DNA of 64,000 nucleotides from Bacillota bacterium. GTDB lineage: Bacteria; Bacillota; Clostridia; Peptostreptococcales; Tindalliaceae. The translations under genes were made by a program, and so were the position numbers. The notes below the pieces were generated by a model that saw nothing but the letters and a program-made list of their open reading frames with translations, was not told where the DNA came from and ran no database searches. The DNA is taken from positions 18,913 to 82,912 of the forward strand of contig JAWSUV010000001.1 in assembly GCA_033549305.1 (NCBI GenBank). Reading direction: 5' to 3'. Shown here in pieces: positions 57,061 to 64,000 of the stretch. The stretch's first letter is position 1; the number at the start of each line of letters is the position of its first letter.

Positions 57061-57729
57061 CTATCGCTTCAGTGCTTCAGTTGCAACCTGTTTCAAGTCC
57101 TTAACTGCCTGACCAGGATCATTGCTCTTGAAAATAGCAGATCCGGCAACAAATACCCGCGCACCTGCTTTTGCAATATCTCCAATATTTAACGGGTTAA
57201 TGCCGCCATCCACCTGAATTTCTGTTTTTGCTCCGATTTCTCGAACTCGTCGTGCCAGATCGCTGATTTTGGGAAGCATGGCCGGAATAAACGCCTGACC
57301 GCCATAGCCGGGATTCACTGTCATGATTAAAACCATATCCAGTTCCTGCAGAACATAATCCAGTGCATTCAGGGGAGTTGATGGATTTAAGGCAACACAG
57401 GCTTTTGCGCCGGATTCTTTAATTTGGTGAATGGTCCTGTCAAGATGGGGGCAGGTTTCTGCCTGGACAGAAATCAAGTTGGCACCTGCTTTAACAAAAT
57501 CCTCTATGTACTTTTCAGGTTCGATTATCATCAGGTGAACATCAAAAAGCAGCTGGCTTTTTTCCCGCAGGGATGCTATGACCACAGGGCCTATGGTTAT
57601 ATTGGGTACAAACCTTCCGTCCATGACGTCAACATGCAGGAACTCACAGCCGGCTTCTTCAACCTTCTTCACTTCGTTTCCGAGGGACGAAAAATCTGCC
57701 GACAGGATTGATGGGGCAATTTTTATCAC
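57061..57729 (-). CDS. rpe: ribulose-phosphate 3-epimerase
   Basis: IKIAPSILSADF N-terminus, HVDVMDG and VDGG. The GTG start at 57729 lies 6 nt after GAGG and 1 nt after the rsgA stop. The ORF-track ATG at 57804 lies inside rsgA. Confidence 0.93.
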   Translation of the reverse strand: MIKIAPSILSADFSSLGNEVKKVEEAGCEFLHVDVMDGRFVPNITIGPVVIASLREKSQLLFDVHLMIIEPEKYIEDFVKAGANLISVQAETCPHLDRTIHQIKESGAKACVALNPSTPLNALDYVLQELDMVLIMTVNPGYGGQAFIPAMLPKISDLARRVREIGAKTEIQVDGGINPLNIGDIAKAGARVFVAGSAIFKSNDPGQAVKDLKQVATEALKR

Positions 57730-57730
57730 G

Positions 57731-58609
57731 TTAATACCTCCGGTTCTTTCGAATTTCCTGTATGATAGTGACATAGTTTTGATACCTGTTAGGATGAATA
57801 CCACCTTCTTTCACAGCATTTTTCACGCTGCAGCCGGGTTCTTCCAAATGCAGGCATGAGTGAAACCGGCAGGTTGTCTGCAGGGCTTCAAAATCGCGAA
57901 AACAATCACGCACTTCCGTTTCATCAAGATAATCCACAGACAGTGTGCTGAAGCCAGGCGTATCCATGATCCATGTAGTTTCATCAATTTGATGCAGCTC
58001 CGAGTGACGTGTCGTATGACGTCCGCGCTGGATTTTTTGGCTGAGACGGCCGGTTTCCAGTGAAAAATGCGGAAACATACTGTTAATCAGTGTTGATTTT
58101 CCAACTCCTGAAGTCCCTGCCAGAGCTGTTGTTCGATGTCTCAGAGCTTGCTTGAGTGCTGACAGGCCGTCACCACTTTTCGCACTGGTTTCAATCACAG
58201 CATACCCCATCGTTTCGTATGCCGCTTTTAAGGATCGATTTATTCCCGATTCTGCCAGATCCACTTTATTAAAGCAAATCAATGCCGGCAGATGCTGGCT
58301 TTCAGCCATCATTAAAATACGGTCCAACAGCACATAATTGGGGGCAGGGTGCGTGTATGAAAAAACAACCAGTAACTGGTCCACATTGGCTGCAGGCGGT
58401 CGGATTAATTCATTGAAGCGGGGCAGAACTTCTTCAAGCATGCCTTCCATAGCTGCGCGGTCAGTAATCGTGAACAAGACCTGATCGCCAACCAATGGAA
58501 TCTGTTCTTTTTTTTTCAGTATTCCTCTACCCTTACAGCTTATGATGCCGCTGATAGACTGTACGTAGAAAAACCCGCTGATGGCTTTGACGATTCTGCC
58601 CTGTTCCAT
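57731..58609 (-). CDS. rsgA: ribosome small subunit-dependent GTPase A
   Basis: 292 aa. OB fold, permuted GTPase (NKVDL before GTSGVGKSTLIN) and zinc motif CRFHSCLHLEEPGC. Confidence 0.95.
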   Translation of the reverse strand: MEQGRIVKAISGFFYVQSISGIISCKGRGILKKKEQIPLVGDQVLFTITDRAAMEGMLEEVLPRFNELIRPPAANVDQLLVVFSYTHPAPNYVLLDRILMMAESQHLPALICFNKVDLAESGINRSLKAAYETMGYAVIETSAKSGDGLSALKQALRHRTTALAGTSGVGKSTLINSMFPHFSLETGRLSQKIQRGRHTTRHSELHQIDETTWIMDTPGFSTLSVDYLDETEVRDCFRDFEALQTTCRFHSCLHLEEPGCSVKNAVKEGGIHPNRYQNYVTIIQEIRKNRRY

Positions 58610-58617
58610 AGATCCCC

Positions 58618-60621
58618 CTAAAAAGTGACTTCTGTTGTTTGAACAACCGTTCCATCTATATCAATTTCATACCGCTGTGTCCCTGATCCTGTGACGGTGA
58701 CCTGAAGCCGATCACCTTCCGCATCAATGTTGTGATTCTTGCTGAATATCAGTGTTCGCTGACCGACATCCAATCGGTACATTCTCACTTCCACCATACC
58801 ACTTGTGCCAACGGGTCCAATATTCAGGGTGCGTGTGCTTATCGTTCCAGGCTCCTGAGGCTCGGTTGGTGTTGTGTCGCCAGGATCTTCCGGTTGGGGT
58901 TCAATCACCGGTTCTTCTATCTGCGCTTCTTCGACACCCTTACTGACAGTCAGAATAATAGAAGTGTTTTCAGCGACTTCTCTTCCTGATGGAACGCTTT
59001 GGCTGATGATGATGTTTTCAACATACTCATTGCTGAAGTCTTCCCTGACTTCACCAATAGACAGGTTTAACCCTTCAAGGGTTGTTCTGGCACTGTCCAG
59101 AGCGACACCCACCAAATTGGGCATGATCACCATTTCCACTTCCGGTCCCTCACTGATCATTAAGTTAACCGTTCCCCCTTCCGGGAGCGGACTGCCTGCC
59201 CGGGGGTCTTGGCGAATAATGGTGCCTTTCGGCAGATCACTGAACACATAACTTTCTTCCCCTACAACAAACCCTTCATCTTCCAGCGCAAACCGCGCAT
59301 CATCGAGGTTTTTATATACCACATCCGGGACTTCAACCGCATCCTCAATCGTACTCACAATCAGTTCAACAGGAAAACTTGGCCGCACGGTCATCCCGGC
59401 TGCCGGATTCTGGGAGATCACCCGGTTTGCTTCAACTTCACTGTCAAATCGGAACTCTACTCGATACTGTAAGTCAAGCAGTTCCAACTCATCTCGTGCT
59501 TCATCCAGTGTAAGACCAACCAATTCCGGTACTGTCAGATTGTTTTCTGATCCACTCCCGAAGAGACTGCTGAGATAAAACAATCCAAAGGTAAACAATA
59601 ATGCTGCCACTAACGCGGTTAAAATTCCGGCAATCAGGATAAATCGTGTTTTGCTGGGTTTTTTTCTGCGAATATTTTTTGTGGCAGCCATTTTTCGGAT
59701 CACGTCTCCTTTTGTCTGTGTATTGATCTGGGTAGGATTTTCATCCATTTCAGCATCCATTTCTTCCAGTACATAATTCGGATCCGTTTCCATTTGATTC
59801 AGTGCTTCAATGAGTGCTTCTGCAGATTGAAAGCGCGCCACTTGTTCTTTCTGAGTCAACTTCATGATTATTTTTTCCAATCCTTCCGATATGGAAGGAT
59901 TCACATCCGAAGGCAGTTCAATGTCCTGTTGCAGGTGTTTTAACGCAATGGTGATGGGACTCTCACCTTCAAAAGGTACTTTTCCGGTAGCCATCTCGTA
60001 CATAACAATTCCCAGAGAATACAAGTCGGTTTTGGCATCTGTGTAACCGCCTCTGGCTTGTTCGGGTGAGAAATAATGAACTGAGCCCACCAAACTGCCG
60101 GTATTGGTCAGTGTCGACGTGGTCGAGGAGAGCGCTATGCCGAAATCAGTGACTTTGGCCTGGTGATCTTCTGTAATCAGTATATTTTGCGGTTTAATAT
60201 CCCTGTGAACCACAAAATTGTTATGGGCATGCTGCAGGGCCCGGGCGATCTGCTTTGTGTAATGGATAATCTCTTCCTGATGAAGGGCGCCTTTTTCCTG
60301 AATGACTTTCTTGAGCGTTTTACCACTTACCATTTCCATAACGATATAATACAGATCATCTACCTCTCCCACATCGTACACGTTCACAATATTGGGATGG
60401 GATAAGCTAGCCACTGCCTGTGACTCGCGTTTGAATTTATTCACCAGGTCTTTATCGCTGGTGTATTCATTGCGCAGAATTTTGACTGCGACATAACGGT
60501 TCAACAACCGGCATTTTGCACGGTAAACCATTGCCATGCCGCCGCCGCCTATTTTTTCAATGATTTCATATCGATTCCCAAGCACTTGACCGATCAATGG
60601 ATCACCAGCTTTCTTCTGCAT
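58618..60621 (-). CDS. prkC: Ser/Thr protein kinase PrkC/PknB with three PASTA repeats
   Basis: Hanks kinase (GGGGMAMVY, HRDIKPQNIL, DFG), one transmembrane segment, three PASTA repeats (VPELVGL.., VPDVVYK.., MPNLVGV..), a Pro/Glu-rich linker and a beta-rich C-terminal domain. Confidence 0.96.
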   Translation of the reverse strand: MQKKAGDPLIGQVLGNRYEIIEKIGGGGMAMVYRAKCRLLNRYVAVKILRNEYTSDKDLVNKFKRESQAVASLSHPNIVNVYDVGEVDDLYYIVMEMVSGKTLKKVIQEKGALHQEEIIHYTKQIARALQHAHNNFVVHRDIKPQNILITEDHQAKVTDFGIALSSTTSTLTNTGSLVGSVHYFSPEQARGGYTDAKTDLYSLGIVMYEMATGKVPFEGESPITIALKHLQQDIELPSDVNPSISEGLEKIIMKLTQKEQVARFQSAEALIEALNQMETDPNYVLEEMDAEMDENPTQINTQTKGDVIRKMAATKNIRRKKPSKTRFILIAGILTALVAALLFTFGLFYLSSLFGSGSENNLTVPELVGLTLDEARDELELLDLQYRVEFRFDSEVEANRVISQNPAAGMTVRPSFPVELIVSTIEDAVEVPDVVYKNLDDARFALEDEGFVVGEESYVFSDLPKGTIIRQDPRAGSPLPEGGTVNLMISEGPEVEMVIMPNLVGVALDSARTTLEGLNLSIGEVREDFSNEYVENIIISQSVPSGREVAENTSIILTVSKGVEEAQIEEPVIEPQPEDPGDTTPTEPQEPGTISTRTLNIGPVGTSGMVEVRMYRLDVGQRTLIFSKNHNIDAEGDRLQVTVTGSGTQRYEIDIDGTVVQTTEVTF

Positions 60622-61351
60622 CCTGCTGAATGTTCACCAGCAAGACCGTAATGTTATCATGGCCTCCGCGCTCATTGGCCAGTTGCACTAACTTCTCAAC
60701 AATTATCTGCTCCGGTTCATATTGTTGTATCAACTGCAACATTTCATTGTCTGCAACTAGATTTGTCAACCCGTCGGTACATAATAAAACGCGGTCATTA
60801 ACTTTAAGTGAGACCGGAATTAAATCTGCACGCACACTGTCTCCCATCCCCAAAGCCCGTGTGATCACATGTTTTTGTGGATGATGCTGTACTTCTTCAG
60901 CTGTCAATTCGCCACGTCGGTATAATTCTGCCACCAACGAGTGGTCCTCTGTCACCTGCACAAGTCTCTCTCCATTCAAAATATAAGCCCGGCTGTCTCC
61001 GACATGGCCGATCAGTGACTGCCTTCCGCAGTGAAAAAGCAGGGTCAGTGTTGTTCCCATTCCTGCACACTCAGGTTCAATGGCAGCATATTCCAGGATT
61101 CGTTTGTTTGCCCTGCTGAATGCTTCATAAAGTATTCCTTTGGCTGATGTCGGGTCCATGTCAGGTGACATATATTTTATGACATGCTCCCGGACGACTT
61201 CCACCGCCATCCGACTGGCAACCTCACCGCACTGGTGGCCCCCCATGCCATCGGCAATAATATACAGACAACATCCGTTTTCATGGATAGCGTAATCATC
61301 CTGATTAATCTCCCGAACTTTTCCCGCATCTGTGCAGACACCTGTTTTCAT
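60602..61351 (-). CDS. stp: PP2C-family Ser/Thr phosphatase Stp/PrpC
   Basis: MKTGVCTDAGKVRE..., ADGMGGH and TDGL motifs. The ATG at 61351 forms an ATGA overlap with the rlmN stop. Its 3' end overlaps prkC by 20 nt. Confidence 0.95.
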   Translation of the reverse strand: MKTGVCTDAGKVREINQDDYAIHENGCCLYIIADGMGGHQCGEVASRMAVEVVREHVIKYMSPDMDPTSAKGILYEAFSRANKRILEYAAIEPECAGMGTTLTLLFHCGRQSLIGHVGDSRAYILNGERLVQVTEDHSLVAELYRRGELTAEEVQHHPQKHVITRALGMGDSVRADLIPVSLKVNDRVLLCTDGLTNLVADNEMLQLIQQYEPEQIIVEKLVQLANERGGHDNITVLLVNIQQDAEESW

Positions 61352-62421
61352 CGCGGTTCCTCCCAATGTATGCCTTCATTGCTGTTCTGCGTTCTTCGTT
61401 TCAGTTGGCCGCAGGCAGCATCAATGTCATTTCCCATTTCTCTTCTGACACTCACGGGAATTCCTTTGCTTTCTAAAGTGTTCTTAAACAGCTTAATATC
61501 GTCACTGCTCCCTGAACGATAATGAGACCCTTCAACCGGATTAACCGGAATCAGGTTTACATGGCACAACCTGTTTTTTAAGAGTGTGGCAAGTGCCTTC
61601 ATATCCAATACTGAATTATTTACATCTTTAATTAAGGCATATTCATAAGTCACCCGCCGACCTGTTTTTTGAGCATATGCATCACAGGCTTCCACCAGTT
61701 CTTGAATCGCATACCGTCTGGCAATGGGCATCAGTCTGCGCCGCACTTCATCACTGGCGGCATGCAGAGAGACGGCCAGGTTAATGGGCAGTTCATAGTC
61801 TGCAAGCTGGTGAATCTCAGGAATCAGACCACATGTGGACAAGGTAATATGTCTCATGCTGATGTGAAGGCCTGCTTCATGATTAACAATTTTTATTAAT
61901 TTTACTACTTCCTGCAGGTTCTGTAAAGGTTCGCCGCTTCCCATCAGGACCACATGGCTGATTCGCTCCACCTGATCCGCTGACATAGCAATGATTTGAT
62001 CCAACATTTCTGCTGTTGTCAGATTACGGATTAAACCTTCCTGCCCAGACGCACAAAAAGCGCACCCCATGGCACATCCAACCTGAGTCGACAGGCAGGC
62101 ACTGGTTCCATGGTGATATTTCATCAGAACACTTTCGATCAGTTCTCCGTCTGGCAGCTGAAACAGGTATTTCGTGGTGCCGTCCTGATGCGACACCTGT
62201 TTTTTAATTATGTCCAGTTTTGTGATGAAGTACTGATTTTTCAATTTATCTCTGTCATTCTTTGGCAGATTGGTCATTTTGTCAATGTCTTTAACGCCCT
62301 TTTGAAGCCACTGAAATATTTGCTGCCCTCGAAATAACGGCCAGCCAATGTCACTCATTGCGGTGGTCAATTCTGCCAAAGATAAATTCAGTAAGTCCCT
62401 TTTCAATCCATTTCTCTCCAT
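61348..62421 (-). CDS. rlmN: 23S rRNA (adenine2503-C2)/tRNA methyltransferase RlmN
   Basis: 357 aa with radical-SAM CAMGCAFC (CxxxCxxC), GMGEP-like GSGEPL and the C-terminal catalytic Cys context DIDAACGQL. Confidence 0.95.
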   Translation of the reverse strand: MERNGLKRDLLNLSLAELTTAMSDIGWPLFRGQQIFQWLQKGVKDIDKMTNLPKNDRDKLKNQYFITKLDIIKKQVSHQDGTTKYLFQLPDGELIESVLMKYHHGTSACLSTQVGCAMGCAFCASGQEGLIRNLTTAEMLDQIIAMSADQVERISHVVLMGSGEPLQNLQEVVKLIKIVNHEAGLHISMRHITLSTCGLIPEIHQLADYELPINLAVSLHAASDEVRRRLMPIARRYAIQELVEACDAYAQKTGRRVTYEYALIKDVNNSVLDMKALATLLKNRLCHVNLIPVNPVEGSHYRSGSSDDIKLFKNTLESKGIPVSVRREMGNDIDAACGQLKRRTQNSNEGIHWEEPR

Positions 62422-63855
62422 TCAGTTATGGCGTCGCCTTAGTTTTGCAACAAAAAATCCATCCAGATGTTCGTGTAGATGAGGCCCCATTTGAATCATA
62501 CCTTCATCCGTGATGGCAGAAGAAATGTGCATCGATTCATGCAGCGGTTCCAGTGGCTGTAGTGAAAATTCCGGTTGTTTGTCCAAAAATGTTTCGATAA
62601 TGTTCCGGTTCTCCATATGAAAATAGGTGCATGTCGCATAGAGCAAAAAACCACCCGGTTTGACCATTTCCGCCGCATTTGCCAGCAGCTGCTGTTGTAG
62701 GTCGGGGAATTGGAGCACTTCTGTTTCTGTTTTATGGAGCTTCAATTCCGGCTTTTTCCGTATCATTCCCATGCTGGAACAGGGGGCATCCAGCAGAACC
62801 CGGTCGGCATATCCTTCCCACTGGTGATCTGGTGTCCGGCCATCTTTCACCACCGTCCGAATGATTTGACACCCTAATCTGCGGGCATGCATATCAACTT
62901 GACGGATACGTTTTTCAGATAGATCCCGCGCCAGTATGACTCCATGGTTTTTCATCCGCTGTGCAATGAAAGTAGTCTTTCCGCCCGGTGCGGCAGCCAC
63001 ATCAATAATTTTTTCCCCAGGCTGTGGGTCAAGCCAGTGAACTGCAAGCATGGAGACAATGCTTTGAATCTGAAAAAGACCATTATAGTAAGATGCAGCG
63101 CGGGTGATTAAGCCGGATGAACGTGTCACTTGATACGCTTCTGGGAGCCACCCAGTTTCTTTTATCTCAAAACCGTCCTGTCCGATTTTTTGAGACAGTA
63201 TTTCGGTGCTTCCCTTCAGGAGATTCAACCGAATGGTTAGAACTGGCGGTTTTTGATGCGATTCAAGTATTTTTATAACGTTTTCTTGAGAATAATCCTG
63301 TCGAAGGCGTTTAATCAGCCATTCCGGATGCGAATACCGGAGGGATGGCTGTTGCTGGAAGATCTGTTGAAGGAAAACCTCACGGTCGGTCGCTTTCGCT
63401 ATCTCCCTGACAATGGAGCGCAAAACGGCATTAACGAATCCGGCGGCTTTCGGTGTTTCAATCTTGATCAGTCCGACCGCTTCGTTTATGACTGCATAAG
63501 CAGGAATTCGGTCAGCAAAAAGGATCTGGTATGCGGAAATGCGCAGGATCCCCCTGACTGATGAATCAATGCCGGTGATGGGTCTGGCCGCGTGTTTTTG
63601 CAGAACGGAATCGATGAGCATGATCTGCTCCAGCGTTCCATATACCAGGCGGAGAAATAATCCCTGATCCTCAGATGACCAGTCCGTTTTCTTAAGCCAT
63701 TCAGCTGTCACCACATTGGAAAACTGTTTTTTGACCAGAATCTTTTCAAGTGAATGAGCAGCTGCAAGACGTGGTTTTATGATCAATGGAGAACCTCCCG
63801 GAATTTTCAAACTGGTGGCATAAAGAAAGGCGTTCTGAACGCCTTTGAGTAGCAT
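62422..63855 (-). CDS. rsmB: 16S rRNA (cytosine967-C5)-methyltransferase RsmB
   Basis: N-terminal NusB-like domain and C-terminal methyltransferase (DVAAAPGGKT, LLDAPCSSMG, YATCT). The N-terminus is a little longer than usual and the start was left as in the ORF track. Confidence 0.92.
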   Translation of the reverse strand: MLLKGVQNAFLYATSLKIPGGSPLIIKPRLAAAHSLEKILVKKQFSNVVTAEWLKKTDWSSEDQGLFLRLVYGTLEQIMLIDSVLQKHAARPITGIDSSVRGILRISAYQILFADRIPAYAVINEAVGLIKIETPKAAGFVNAVLRSIVREIAKATDREVFLQQIFQQQPSLRYSHPEWLIKRLRQDYSQENVIKILESHQKPPVLTIRLNLLKGSTEILSQKIGQDGFEIKETGWLPEAYQVTRSSGLITRAASYYNGLFQIQSIVSMLAVHWLDPQPGEKIIDVAAAPGGKTTFIAQRMKNHGVILARDLSEKRIRQVDMHARRLGCQIIRTVVKDGRTPDHQWEGYADRVLLDAPCSSMGMIRKKPELKLHKTETEVLQFPDLQQQLLANAAEMVKPGGFLLYATCTYFHMENRNIIETFLDKQPEFSLQPLEPLHESMHISSAITDEGMIQMGPHLHEHLDGFFVAKLRRRHN

Positions 63856-64000
63856 TAAGATCTTCTGTTTCTCAACAAGATCAGTCGCAACAATTGGGCT
63901 ACCGCCGTCGCCATCGCTGCGACGTACGTCAATGCAGCTGCATTGAGTACCTTTCGGGAAGATGAAACTTCATCGGCTGCCAGAAATCCGTGTTCTGTCA
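63855..64000 (-). CDS. C-terminal 47 codons of a membrane protein, possibly a YugP-like zinc metallopeptidase (gene enters from the right edge)
   Basis: Manual translation gives ...EHGFLAADEVSSSRKVLNAAALTYVAAMATAVAQLLRLILLRNRRS with the stop at 63855-63857. The TAATG forms a 1-nt overlap with the rsmB start. VL.AAALTYVAA resembles, from memory, the C-terminus of the Zn_peptidase_2 family found between fmt and rsmB in Clostridia. Confidence 0.45.
   Translation of the reverse strand, partial: TEHGFLAADEVSSSRKVLNAAALTYVAAMATAVAQLLRLILLRNRRS

Noticed and set aside
62422-63855. Possible N-terminal extension or alternative start of rsmB. At 477 aa it is somewhat longer than usual.
   Set aside because: There is no internal ATG or obvious Shine-Dalgarno-supported alternative in the first roughly 40 codons. 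The ATG at 63855 is coupled (TAATG) to the upstream stop, so it is kept as called.
1-64000. Search for CRISPR arrays, tRNA or rRNA genes, transposases, integrases, toxin-antitoxin pairs, restriction-modification or other defence modules, and in-frame-TGA selenoprotein genes.
   Set aside because: None was seen. Every gap longer than about 60 nt was read on both strands. The gaps contain only promoters, leaders, hairpins and the small genes reported above. All large ORFs have confident housekeeping assignments.

Overview
This window is a very compact block of core housekeeping genes from a PolC/CodY/FapR-type Bacillota (Firmicutes) chromosome, probably Clostridia/Eubacteriales-like. GC was not computed. 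I call 65 protein genes, two of them partial at the window edges. 63 lie on the minus strand; only tmcAL and rpmB are on the plus strand. Reading the minus strand from right to left the order is: zinc peptidase(partial)-rsmB-rlmN-stp-prkC-rsgA-rpe-thiN / rpmB(+) / yloU-yloV-rsmD-coaD-coiled-coil ORF / tmcAL(+) / ackA / ylbN-rpmF / fapR-plsX-rnc-smc-ftsY / ylxM-ffh-rpsP-KH-rimM-trmD / rplS-rbgA-rnhB-yraN-comM-dprA-topA / codY / PilZ / rpsB-tsf-pyrH-frr-(62-aa ORF)-uppS-cdsA-dxr-rseP-ispG-polC / rimP-nusA-ylxR-ylxQ-infB-rbfA-nrnA-truB-ribF / rpsO-pnp / M16 peptidase-ftsK-selU-rimO-pgsA(partial). This order is collinear with the B. subtilis ylo / ylq / codY / rpsB-polC / nusA-pnp / ftsK regions, but much more compact. 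I saw no rRNA, tRNA, CRISPR array, transposase, integrase, prophage or defence-island genes. I did not find convincing evidence for a novel multi-gene system, and the region looks ordinary. Five things are still worth a second look. (1) A lone YcgR/MotI-like PilZ gene sits exactly where Bacillus-type genomes carry the fla/che operon. (2) A 62-aa PASTA-like ORF plus a strong GC hairpin is wedged between frr and uppS. (3) Several leaders are structured (rimP-nusA, rpsB, rpsO, rplS, codY). (4) A FapR-operator-like palindrome sits on a fapR-plsX unit that lacks fab/acpP genes. (5) A tRNA 2-selenouridine synthase gene is inserted between ftsK and rimO. rpmF (59 aa) is missing from the supplied ORF track and was found by manual translation. 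Many ORF-track starts were trimmed using Shine-Dalgarno position and the neighbouring stop codon.
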